Of a DNA stretch of 64,000 nt, positions 11,212 to 20,224 are shown one piece after another. Positions within the stretch are counted from its first letter, which is position 1. Each line of letters opens with the position of its first letter. The translations under genes were made by a program, and so were the position numbers. The stretch spans positions 14,623-78,622 of the forward strand of contig JAGXKT010000003.1 of NCBI GenBank assembly GCA_018335035.1, read 5' to 3'. Below the pieces are notes generated by a model. That model had not been told where the DNA came from. It worked only from the letters and a program-made list of their open reading frames with translations, and did no database searches. The DNA is from Phycisphaerae bacterium. GTDB taxonomy: Bacteria > Planctomycetota > Phycisphaerae > SM23-33.

Positions 11212-11245
11212 GGCCTCTCCCGCTAGGCATCCGCCCGCTGCGCCA

Positions 11246-12358
11246 TCACCGAAGCGTCAGCACACCGCGCGTCCGCGGCAGCGAACTGAGCGTTCGCCAC
11301 CCGTCGGGGGTCACCAGCACGTCGTCTTCGATTCGAATCCCGCCGACGCCCGGCAAGTAGATACCCGGCTCGACGGTCACCACCATACCCGCACGCAACC
11401 GCATCTGGCTCGCACGAGACACGCCGGGCGGCTCATGCACCTCCCGCCCGAGGCCGTGACCCAACCCGTGCACGAAGGCATCCGCGAAACCCGCCTCCGC
11501 GATGACGCCCCGGGCGGCCGCGTCGACCGTCCGTGCCTTCACGCGTGGACGGACCGCCGCGATGCCCGCTCGCTGGGCGCGGCGCACAACGTCATACGCG
11601 CGGGCCAGTTTCGGCGGAATTCTACCGATGACCACCACCCGCGTCAAGTCGCTGCAATAGCCCCCCGCCCGCGCGCCCCAGTCGATCAGCACCGCCTGAT
11701 CACGCCGAATCCGGCGGCTGCCGGGACGATAATGCGGCAGCGCCGCCGCGGCGCCGGCGGCCACGATCGTCTCAAATGCCGATCCCGTCGCCCCACCCAG
11801 TCGCATGCGGTAGTCCAGATCGGCCGCCACGTCCCGCTCCGTCCGCCCGACCAGCCCCTCGGCCCCGGCGCTGAGAAGCTCCAGGAAGGCCTGCTGGGCG
11901 ATGCGGATCGTCCGGCGAATGGCGCGGACCTCGCCGGCGTCTTTAACGGCCCGCGACGCCGCTACCGGGTGCGGGATCGCCGCAATCCGCACGCCGCGCA
12001 GCCGTCGGGCCAGCGCGTCACGCTGGAGCAGCGACACGTCTTCGGCTTGAACGCCCAAGCGGCGCAGCCGCCGCTGCCGCGTAACAGTCGCCACGGCCGC
12101 CGACAGCGGCTCCGTGCGGACGTACCGCTCCAGATCGCCGCACTCGTCGGCGGCCTGTCGGGCATAGCGCCCGTCCGTAATCAACACACCCGCATCAGCG
12201 CAAAGCAGCAGAAAGCTGTCGCTGCCGGAGAAACCGCTGAGATAGCCGACGTCAGCCGCATTTGAGATCAGCAGCCCGTTTACGGGCTGCTGGCGGCACG
12301 CCTCGCGCAGGGCGGCGCGGCGACGCGCCGCGTACGGGTTGTGTCGCTTGCGAGCCAT
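11246..12358 (-). CDS. Xaa-Pro aminopeptidase (M24B)
   Basis: YLSGFSG, TDGRY, D-WG-YCSDLTR, HGLGHGLG-EVHE, TVEPGIY, GGIRIEDD. Start re-assigned to MARKRH (12358). Confidence 0.92.
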   Translation of the reverse strand: MARKRHNPYAARRRAALREACRQQPVNGLLISNAADVGYLSGFSGSDSFLLLCADAGVLITDGRYARQAADECGDLERYVRTEPLSAAVATVTRQRRLRRLGVQAEDVSLLQRDALARRLRGVRIAAIPHPVAASRAVKDAGEVRAIRRTIRIAQQAFLELLSAGAEGLVGRTERDVAADLDYRMRLGGATGSAFETIVAAGAAAALPHYRPGSRRIRRDQAVLIDWGARAGGYCSDLTRVVVIGRIPPKLARAYDVVRRAQRAGIAAVRPRVKARTVDAAARGVIAEAGFADAFVHGLGHGLGREVHEPPGVSRASQMRLRAGMVVTVEPGIYLPGVGGIRIEDDVLVTPDGWRTLSSLPRTRGVLTLR

Positions 12359-12420
12359 GCGATCCAAGGACGCCGATTCTACGGAACGCCCCCGACGCCG
12401 GCCAGATGTTTGCGCCGGAA

Positions 12421-12450
12421 TTGACACCCCTACCGCGGCGCTCATAGCAT
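12421..12450 (+). promoter_or_regulatory. sigma70-type promoter for the 12494 operon
   Basis: TTGACA (12421)-N18-TAGCAT in the divergent intergenic region. Confidence 0.45.
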
Positions 12451-12493
12451 AATGCCATCGATGCGGCTCCTTGCCGCCTAGCAAGGGCACAAC

Positions 12494-13360
12494 GTGGTCC
12501 GACGAAGCATGGTGATTCTGGGCGTGTTGGCGACGGGGCTGACCGGCTGCCCGCCGGAGGAGCCGCCCGCGCCGGCCGAGACGTGGGAAGCCATCGCGCC
12601 CGAGACGCCGCGGCCCTCCCCGTCCGAAGCCGACGGCGACGTAGACTACGCGTACATGGTGCGGATGCGGATGGTGACGATCTCGGTACCGCTCGGGGCC
12701 GCCAGCGGCTCCGAGCACCTGTGGAGCTACCTGCACAGCGAATCCATCGAGGCGGCGCGAACGGGCAGTTTGGGACGCAACGGGCTGCGCGTGGGCTTGG
12801 TCTCGCGGGAGAACTGGCCGGACGTGGCGGCCGTTCTGGACGAGCTGACGGGTACGGCCCGCAAAACGACGGTGATGACGTGCCTGCCCGGCCAGGCCGT
12901 CTCCGTCGCGCTGAAGCGGGACCAGCCGATGCAGACGGTATTCGTCTTCGAGAAGGACCGCACGCTGTCGGGGCAGGACTACCCCCCAGGGGACAACCTG
13001 CTGAGCTTCTTCTGCTCCATGAACATGAATGACCCCTCTGAGGTGACGTTGACGGCGATGCCACAGATTCGCACAACCAACCGCAAGCCGGAAATCGTCA
13101 AGCGGGGCGACATGGCCAGGATCGTCTCTCGGGCGACGTATTTCGATTTCGAGGCGGCGGCGTTTCGCGCGGCGCTGGCCAGTCGCGACGTGCTGATCGT
13201 CGGGCCCGGACAGGCCTCGCGCCGCAGCAGCAGTCTGGCACACCGCTTCCTCTTGCGTCAGTCCGACGGCGTGACGTACGAAACCATCTTGGTCGTGATT
13301 CCCCGCATTTTCGCCGTGCCGCGCGACCGTCGCGGCAGCGTACCCGCCCCACAAGGATAA
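12494..13360 (+). CDS. hypothetical lipoprotein
   Basis: Signal peptide with lipobox LTGC; 7-nt gap to the kinase gene. Confidence 0.7.
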   Translation: MVRRSMVILGVLATGLTGCPPEEPPAPAETWEAIAPETPRPSPSEADGDVDYAYMVRMRMVTISVPLGAASGSEHLWSYLHSESIEAARTGSLGRNGLRVGLVSRENWPDVAAVLDELTGTARKTTVMTCLPGQAVSVALKRDQPMQTVFVFEKDRTLSGQDYPPGDNLLSFFCSMNMNDPSEVTLTAMPQIRTTNRKPEIVKRGDMARIVSRATYFDFEAAAFRAALASRDVLIVGPGQASRRSSSLAHRFLLRQSDGVTYETILVVIPRIFAVPRDRRGSVPAPQG

Positions 13361-13367
13361 AGCCATC

Positions 13368-14450
13368 ATGCCGGCTGAGGACGATTTCTATCGCGTACTG
13401 TGCGAACACGCCGCCGTGGCGTTGGTCGCCACAGACGAGGCGTTCCGCATCGTCGCCTGGAACGCCGCCGCGACCGACCTGCTCGGACGCAGCGCCGAGG
13501 ACATGATCGGCCGGGACGTGACCGACGCCGTCCCGGACAAGCGCCGCAAGACACTCCACCGCCTGCTGGAACGGACCGCCGAGCGCCGGCAGACGAGTTG
13601 GTTCAGCATCCGCCTGCCCGACGCCAACGGACAGACGCGCGACCTGATGGTCATCCTGTCGCCGATTCCAGCCGATGATGGCGCCAGTCGCGGCGTGGCG
13701 GCGTGGATCGTCGACGAGACGCAGCGCAAGCAATTGTCCGACCGCCTGGCCGAAGCCGAAAAGATGGCCTCGCTGGGCACGCTGGCCAGCGGGGTGGCGC
13801 ATCACTTCAACAACATTCTCGGCGGCGTGGCGACATACGTGGACTTCGCCCTCAGCAGCGGCGACGCGACCGCCATGAAACGCGCCCTGCAGATGACGTC
13901 CGAGGCCGCCGGACGCGCCAGCCGCATTACCCAGCAACTGCTGACCTTCGCCAAGCAGGACACCCACCGGACCGACCTGGCCGACCTGACCGAAGTCGTG
14001 CTGACCTTCGTCCACCTGGTCGAACACCCGCTGGCCGACAAGGGCGTCGAGTTGCAGCTCGATATCCGCCCGGCGCGGATCGTCGCGGTCGAGGCCAACC
14101 GCATGCACCAGGTCCTCGGCAACCTGCTGACCAACGCCGAGGAAGCCATGCCCGACGGTGGCACGCTGACCCTCGGCGTCCGACCGGCCGGTAAAGAGGT
14201 CGAATTGACGTTCGCCGACAGCGGCACGGGCATCCCCCCGGATCAGCTCGCGATGGTCTTCGAGCCGTTCTTCACCACCAAGGGGCTCCACTCCGGCGGC
14301 GAGAAGGCCAACCCGGGCCTGGGGCTGTCCGTCGCCCACGGGCTGGTCACCGAAATGGGCGGGCGCATCGCCGTCGATTCAACCCCCGGCCAGGGCACGA
14401 CGTTCACCCTCGCGTTCCCGATCGAAAACGACGAGGACGAGGACACGTAA
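13368..14450 (+). CDS. PAS sensor histidine kinase (cytoplasmic)
   Basis: PAS (WNAAATDLLG), H-box GVAHHFNNIL, N-box NLLTNA, DSGTG, FEPFFTTK, GLGL. Confidence 0.93.
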   Translation: MPAEDDFYRVLCEHAAVALVATDEAFRIVAWNAAATDLLGRSAEDMIGRDVTDAVPDKRRKTLHRLLERTAERRQTSWFSIRLPDANGQTRDLMVILSPIPADDGASRGVAAWIVDETQRKQLSDRLAEAEKMASLGTLASGVAHHFNNILGGVATYVDFALSSGDATAMKRALQMTSEAAGRASRITQQLLTFAKQDTHRTDLADLTEVVLTFVHLVEHPLADKGVELQLDIRPARIVAVEANRMHQVLGNLLTNAEEAMPDGGTLTLGVRPAGKEVELTFADSGTGIPPDQLAMVFEPFFTTKGLHSGGEKANPGLGLSVAHGLVTEMGGRIAVDSTPGQGTTFTLAFPIENDEDEDT

Positions 14451-14609
14451 CACCGGCACGAGATGGCAAGCACGCCGACGAGCTCGTACGAAGCGTATGA
14501 CCGTACGGGCCCGCCCCGCTCGTCCAGGCGCCATGGATTGCACACCCGAAGCCCCGGGGCACTCTTCCCGGGACGTGTGCGTTTCGCGCGTACGGCGCCT
14601 TCGCTGCCC

Positions 14610-15356
14610 CTATGACGCGTCGTAGTCGCTCAGCGGGCGGTACCAGATGTTGCGGTAGCGGACGAGGTCGCCGTGGTCCTGGAGGCGCAGCGGTCCGGCG
14701 GCCGGGTGGGGCGCGTAGTGCGTGGTGACCTTGTGCTTGGTCGGGCCCAGCAGGGCCTTGTCGTGGTGGAGCAGCACGCCGTTGTGCAGCAGCGTCACGC
14801 GGGCCGGGCGGAGGAGCGTGTCGCCCTCGAACCGCGGCGCTGTCCAGATGATGTCGTACGTCTGCCACTGCCCCGGCGGGCGGCAGGCGTTGACCAGCGG
14901 CGGACACTGCCCGTACAGCCCGCCGGTCAGCCCGTCGGCGTAGGTGGGGTTCTCGTAGCAGTCGAGCACCTGAATTTCGTAACGGCCCATCAGAAACACG
15001 CCGCTGTTGCCCCGTCCCTGGCTGTCGCCCGCGACCTCGCCCGGGGCGGCCCACTCCAGGTGAATCTGACAGTCGCCAAGCTGGGCCTTGGTCCGGATGT
15101 CGCCGGATTCGGGGACGACCTCCATGTAGCCGTCTTCGACCTTCCACCCGGGCGCGCCGCCGCCGTCGTGCTTCTCCCAGCCGGACAGGTCCGTCCCGTC
15201 GAACAGCACGACGGCATCGGAGGGCGCGGCGCCGGGCGCCTCCTGCGTCGAGGCGGTCGGCGGCGTCACCACCCGCGGCTGCGGGCGGGCGTCGTCGTGG
15301 ACGCGCCACTTCGAGCCCGAAATATAGCACGTCTCGTCGTAACCCAATGTCGCCAT
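14610..15356 (-). CDS. DUF1080 / 3-keto-glycoside-processing family protein
   Basis: APSDAVVLFDG, GNSGVF, YEIQVLD, WQTYDI, LQDHG, YRNIW. Confidence 0.9.
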   Translation of the reverse strand: MATLGYDETCYISGSKWRVHDDARPQPRVVTPPTASTQEAPGAAPSDAVVLFDGTDLSGWEKHDGGGAPGWKVEDGYMEVVPESGDIRTKAQLGDCQIHLEWAAPGEVAGDSQGRGNSGVFLMGRYEIQVLDCYENPTYADGLTGGLYGQCPPLVNACRPPGQWQTYDIIWTAPRFEGDTLLRPARVTLLHNGVLLHHDKALLGPTKHKVTTHYAPHPAAGPLRLQDHGDLVRYRNIWYRPLSDYDAS

Positions 15357-15387
15357 GTCTGTCTCTCCGTAGCGTTGCTCATCCGCC

Positions 15388-16407
15388 TCACGTGCGGACG
15401 GGGACGCGGCGTCCCTTGCGTGAACTCTCCATCGCGGCGAAGACCATCGCCAGCGACTTGATGTTGTCGTGACATTCCGTCTGCGGGCGCTCGCCCGTCC
15501 GCAGGTACCGCAGCATCTCGCGCAGCGCGCCGCGCATGGCCTGGTGCTTCAGCCGCGCCGGCGGGAGCTTCACGGGCTCCAGCGTCGGCTTTTTGCCCCG
15601 GCCGGTCCTGCGCGTTACGCGCTTGCCCCGCGGCTCGCGGTCGCGCTCGTAGACCAGCGTGCCGCGGTCGCCGATCAGCCGCCAGTCGCCGTGCCAGCTC
15701 GTCGGCCAGCCCTCGGCGCACCAGCTTCCGCGATACGTGAAGACGACGCCGTCGGTCATTTCGAAGATGCAACTCGCGGCCACGTCGCCGTCATACCACG
15801 AGCCGTGCGGGTTGAACTCGTGGGCATACACCGCCACGGGATCGGTTCCGGTCAGCATGCGCGCCAAGTCGAAATGGTGGATCGCCATGTCCAAAATCAG
15901 CGGGCTGTCCATCGTGACGCGAAAGCACGAACTGTGCCGGGCCATGTAGAAATCGCAATTCGCCGTCGTCAGCGTGCCCAGCCGCCGCCCGGCGATCGCC
16001 CGCGCCAGCCGCTCGTGGGTCGCCGCCCACCGCCGCGACTGGCTGACCATGTAGCACTTGCCGGTGCGCTCGGCCGCGCGGACCATCCGCCGCGCCTCGG
16101 CCATGCTGGCGGCCATGGGCTTCTCGCCCAGGACGTGACACCCGCCCCGCAGCGCCCGGCATGTCACGTTACAATGAGCGTCCGGGACGGTCAGATCGAC
16201 CACGAAGTCGGGACGGACCGCCCGTAGCGTGGCGTTCAGATCGTCCGACGGCTTGCACGCGAGCTTATGCCGGGCGATCTGCCCGGCCGCCCGGCTTGCG
16301 TCCAGGTCGACGACGCCGGCGACCTCGACCTTCTCGTCGGCCAATGGGTCGAACCACGCGTTCGAGATGCTCCCGGCCCCGACGACAACAGCTTTGCGAT
16401 TGGCCAC
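15388..16407 (-). CDS. Gfo/Idh/MocA family oxidoreductase
   Basis: VVGAG, GEKPMA, DMAIHHFD. GTG start with GGAGG 8 nt upstream. Confidence 0.9.
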   Translation of the reverse strand: MANRKAVVVGAGSISNAWFDPLADEKVEVAGVVDLDASRAAGQIARHKLACKPSDDLNATLRAVRPDFVVDLTVPDAHCNVTCRALRGGCHVLGEKPMAASMAEARRMVRAAERTGKCYMVSQSRRWAATHERLARAIAGRRLGTLTTANCDFYMARHSSCFRVTMDSPLILDMAIHHFDLARMLTGTDPVAVYAHEFNPHGSWYDGDVAASCIFEMTDGVVFTYRGSWCAEGWPTSWHGDWRLIGDRGTLVYERDREPRGKRVTRRTGRGKKPTLEPVKLPPARLKHQAMRGALREMLRYLRTGERPQTECHDNIKSLAMVFAAMESSRKGRRVPVRT

Positions 16408-16520
16408 AGATACAACCTCCACACCGCCCCGCGGCGCGCGTATGGGAGCCACCTTAGGCGGCACGGACGCGGATGCAAGCTCGGGCGGGCCTTTTTGCGA
16501 GAAATATCCCCGCCACGTGC

Positions 16521-17258
16521 CTATTGGTCGAACTCATCCCCGCGGAACGTCTGCCCGAGGTAGGTCTTGCGAACGAGGTCGTCGTTGATCAGGTCGCGGG
16601 GATGACCTTCGCGCAGGACCTTGCCGTTGTCCATGATGTAGGAGCGGTCGGTGACGGTCAGCGTCTCGCGGACGTTGTGATCGGTCAGCAGGATGCTGAT
16701 GCCCCGGCCCTTGAGCCCGCTGATTTCCCGCTGGAGATCCTGCACGGCGATGGGATCGACGCCGGAAAACGGCTCGTCCAGCAGGATCATGGTGGGGTTC
16801 GTCACCAGGGCCCGGGCGATTTCGAGCTTGCGCCGCTCGCCGCCGGACAGCGTCCTGGCCGCGTGGTCCGACACGTGTCCCAGGCCGAACTGGTCCAGCA
16901 GGTGCTCGCAGCGTCGCCGCCGGTCCGTGCGCGACAGGTTCATCGTCTCCAGGATCGCCAGCAGGTTCTGCCGCACGGTCAGGCGCTGGAAGATACTGGG
17001 CTCCTGCGAGAGATAGCCCATCCCGCGGCGGGCCCGCCGATGCATGGGCATGCGGCTGACGTCGACACCGTCAAAGCTGACGTGCCCCTCGTCCGGCGTA
17101 ATCATGCCGATGGTCATGCGGAAGGTCGTGGTCTTGCCCGCCCCGTTACGCCCGAGCAGCCCGACGATCTCGCCCTGACCGACTTCGATCGACACGTGGT
17201 TGACCACGGCCCGCCCGCTGTATCGCTTCACGAGATTCTCGGCGTTTAACAGGATCAT
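16521..17258 (-). CDS. lptB: LPS export ABC transporter ATP-binding protein
   Basis: GRNGAGKTT, YLSQEPSIF, LSGGERR, LLDEPFSGVDP, TDHNVRETL. Confidence 0.93.
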   Translation of the reverse strand: MILLNAENLVKRYSGRAVVNHVSIEVGQGEIVGLLGRNGAGKTTTFRMTIGMITPDEGHVSFDGVDVSRMPMHRRARRGMGYLSQEPSIFQRLTVRQNLLAILETMNLSRTDRRRRCEHLLDQFGLGHVSDHAARTLSGGERRKLEIARALVTNPTMILLDEPFSGVDPIAVQDLQREISGLKGRGISILLTDHNVRETLTVTDRSYIMDNGKVLREGHPRDLINDDLVRKTYLGQTFRGDEFDQ

Positions 17259-17287
17259 GGACAGCCATCCGGGGCCGGGCCCCTGCT

Positions 17288-17538
17288 TGTGCATAACGTG
17301 TGGATAATCAATACTCCTGCTGCCGCGTTCCTGCCGTCGCGCATAAGGCATCGAAGGCCTCGCGACCGCGCCCGGACCGGGCGCCAACGCCGCCATCGAC
17401 GGTAACCGCTGGAATTACGGCTCTTTATGCGAATTTACCACCAAAAGGCACGTCGCGGGCGGACCAACGCCGTGCTGGTCCGGCCTTTGCATGGCCATGC
17501 CCGCCTGCGTCCGCCATCGCGACGGTGCCTGTGAATAA
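17288..17538. promoter_or_regulatory. DnaA-box cluster
   Basis: TGTGCATAA (17288), TGTGGATAA (17299), TGTGAATAA (17530) all read TTATNCACA on the minus strand; weaker 2-mismatch boxes at 17338, 17425, 17434. Confidence 0.6.
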
Positions 17539-17600
17539 CTCCTGACAAAGGCCTCGTCGTCGCCAGCGAAACGCACCGGGCATCCGCCGGGCCTCGGGGC

Positions 17601-19484
17601 TCAGCGGACAAGACGCATCTTACCGACGTTCGGGATCACGGGCAATCCGGGCAGCCCGGGGATTCTGTACCCAGACGGCCAGTAGACGAACATCGCCCGC
17701 CCGATGAGGTTGTATCGTGGCACGGTTCCCAGCGTGTAAATCGGCTCGGCACCCGCCTCATAGCGCGGCAGGAAGTGTCCGCTCTTCCGCCACAGCTTGA
17801 GCGTCGGCGCCGCGGCCGTCCAAGCGCGGCTGTCCAAGCTTTGCGGGCTGTTGTCGCCCAGCATGTAAAATTCGTCCAGCTCGTCATTCGAGCGGTCGTG
17901 CAGGTAGATCGGGTTGCCTCTGACCCCCCAGCCCACCTGTCCGTTCGCCTCCAGGTACCCGTGCGCCTCCAACTGGCGTTTGTAGCGCATCAGAACGGCG
18001 GCGTCGCCCTTACTGGGCTGACTTTGATTCTGCACGGTGTAATACACGTCGCGATACAGCCGCACGTGCGTCAGCGAGCAGGCCCCGCCCGACGCCGTCA
18101 TTGACACGCGCGGGGTCGGCACCCATTTTCGGCAAATGCTGTCGACCAGGCGTGTCGGCGCGTTGCTGAGGTCTTTCTCCATCCGCGCAAGATGCCCTTT
18201 GACCATCGCCGGCAACGGCGTCGTGTACTGCCGCTCGTCCGTCCGGATCACGGGCCGGCCCTCGAACCACACCGTCACCTCGTAATCGACGTGGCTCAGG
18301 GCCACCTCGTAACCCCGTCCCGGCTTGAGCGGCTCGATCGTACACGTCGCGATCGGCTGCCACATGCTGTCCGGCAGTTCCGGCCCGACGCGCCGCCGCA
18401 GGGCGATCCGCCGCTTGGCAACGTCGATCTCGGCCTCGAAGACCTGCTCCCGCACGGCGGAGGCCTGCTCAAATCGCTGCCGCTGCTCGGCGGTTTGCGG
18501 CACGTACATGCCGCTCAGCGCCAGCGCCAGCCGAGACGCCGAATCGCGCGGGCGGAACGTCAGCGACAATCGCAAATCGTGACAGACTTCCGCCCGGCGG
18601 GCGGAGGCCTTGTCGCGTTCGGCGTCGGGCGCGTTGTACCCGTATCGCACGCCGAAGACGCGCCGGTCGGCCTGAAGGAAGACACGACCCGCCCCGCCGC
18701 CGCGAAACTCGAACCGGCGGCCGTTCTCCGCGGTGAGGTCCCAGGTGTCATCGCCCTCCCAGCGCGGCGGACGCAGGGACGACTCTGGACCGTGCCGGCG
18801 GTTGTATCGCTCGATCAACTCCGCGTCCGGGCGGTAATCGTTGTCATAGACGACGTGCCACAAGGCGTCGCGGATTTCCGGGCGGACCTTGCGGCGAATG
18901 TGCCACGGGCTCTCATCCGCGGCGCGGGGATGGGCGAAATCCCTGCGGTCGACTGTTCCGTCGCCGTTGTAGTCCGCCCCTTTGCGAACGAACACGTCCC
19001 CGTGGACAATCTCGATCGCCTCGCCCGGAAGCCCGACCAGCCGCTTGATGTAGTTCTCCTGGTTGTTCTGCGGATTGCGAAACACGACGACATCGAACGG
19101 TCGGGGAGACCGGAACGCATAGGGATACTTGAGGACCAGCACGCGATCGCCCCCGTTGAGATACCGCAGCCGCGACGGATCGGCGTCGAAGGGATACCCG
19201 TCGTTCGGGCAGCGAGCGCCGACCGGCAGGACGCGGCGCTTGCGGCTCGGCATGCCGTGCTCTCGCCGGTCCAAGCCGTAACGGTAGTCCCAGCCGCAAC
19301 TGGGGCAACGCAGATCCCAGTGCTCGCCGACCAGCCGCGGCGCCATCGATCCGGTGGGAATCACGAACGCCTCGAACATGAACGCTCGCAGCACGAAAGC
19401 CAGGATGATGGCCACCCAGATGCTCTCGATGGTGTCCCGGATGGCGCTCATCTCGCGCACGGTCTTGTCGGATTTCCAGGCCAT
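17601..19484 (-). CDS. lepB: signal peptidase I, large planctomycete type
   Basis: AFVIPTGSMAP (catalytic Ser), GDRVLV, NYIKRLVGLPGE (Lys), MLGDNSPQSLDSR, LIGRA. Start MAWK at 19484. Confidence 0.9.
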   Translation of the reverse strand: MAWKSDKTVREMSAIRDTIESIWVAIILAFVLRAFMFEAFVIPTGSMAPRLVGEHWDLRCPSCGWDYRYGLDRREHGMPSRKRRVLPVGARCPNDGYPFDADPSRLRYLNGGDRVLVLKYPYAFRSPRPFDVVVFRNPQNNQENYIKRLVGLPGEAIEIVHGDVFVRKGADYNGDGTVDRRDFAHPRAADESPWHIRRKVRPEIRDALWHVVYDNDYRPDAELIERYNRRHGPESSLRPPRWEGDDTWDLTAENGRRFEFRGGGAGRVFLQADRRVFGVRYGYNAPDAERDKASARRAEVCHDLRLSLTFRPRDSASRLALALSGMYVPQTAEQRQRFEQASAVREQVFEAEIDVAKRRIALRRRVGPELPDSMWQPIATCTIEPLKPGRGYEVALSHVDYEVTVWFEGRPVIRTDERQYTTPLPAMVKGHLARMEKDLSNAPTRLVDSICRKWVPTPRVSMTASGGACSLTHVRLYRDVYYTVQNQSQPSKGDAAVLMRYKRQLEAHGYLEANGQVGWGVRGNPIYLHDRSNDELDEFYMLGDNSPQSLDSRAWTAAAPTLKLWRKSGHFLPRYEAGAEPIYTLGTVPRYNLIGRAMFVYWPSGYRIPGLPGLPVIPNVGKMRLVR

Positions 19485-19619
19485 GACGCCCCATACACTA
19501 CCGCCGCGCCGCGCCGTTGGCAATTCACAAGCGCGCTCGATGGTCACAAGCCGCCACTTGACCGGCGTTGAGGCGCCGGGTAGGGTCGCCGACCACCGCC
19601 GCCACGAGGGAGAAACGCG

Positions 19620-20198
19620 ATGAAAGCCGTTGTGATTCTCGGAAGCCGCAATCCGGACGGGCAGACCGCCACGGCGGCCGGCGCGCTGGCCGAGGGCCTG
19701 CGCAGCCAAGGCGCGGACGTGGCGGCGTTCTATCTGCCACAGATGCATATCGAATCGTGCCGCCAGTGCGACAGCGCCGGCTGGGGCGTCTGCCGCCAGG
19801 AAGGACGCTGCGTCATCGAGGACGACCTGGACGGTCTTGTGGATGCGGTGGCGGCCGCGGACGTAGCGGCCTTCGCCACGCCGGTCTACTTCGCCGACCT
19901 GAGCGAATCGATGAAGGCGTTCACCGACCGTCTACGCCGCTGCTGCGTCCATAAGGCCGGAAAGGCCAAGCTCGCCGGCACGCGGGCCGTCGGCGTCTGC
20001 GTCGCCGGCGGCAGCGGCGGCGGGGCGCCCAACTGCTGCGCCCGGCTGCACAGCGTGCTCGAGCTCTGCGGGTTGGACGTGGTGGACATGATCCCCGTCC
20101 GGCGGCAGAACCTCACGCTCAAGTGCCGCCTGCTGACACAAACGGGTGCGTGGCTCGTCGCGCACGCGCGGGGCGAACAAGCCGATCCGCCCGCCTAG
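19620..20198 (+). CDS. flavodoxin-fold iron-sulfur flavoprotein (Isf/WrbA-like)
   Basis: GSRN-DGQT, CxxC-x7-C-x5-C cluster motif, ATPVYF. Confidence 0.85.
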   Translation: MKAVVILGSRNPDGQTATAAGALAEGLRSQGADVAAFYLPQMHIESCRQCDSAGWGVCRQEGRCVIEDDLDGLVDAVAAADVAAFATPVYFADLSESMKAFTDRLRRCCVHKAGKAKLAGTRAVGVCVAGGSGGGAPNCCARLHSVLELCGLDVVDMIPVRRQNLTLKCRLLTQTGAWLVAHARGEQADPPA

Positions 20199-20224
20199 CC
20201 GCAAACGGGCTGCCGGCGGACGCG

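Noticed and set aside
12359-13369. N-terminal extensions of listed ORFs (peptidase to 13369, tatA to 27553, 49532 protein to 52777, GH to 61155)
   Set aside because: The extensions are antisense to real genes or run through REP repeats; internal starts with SD or signal peptides fit better.
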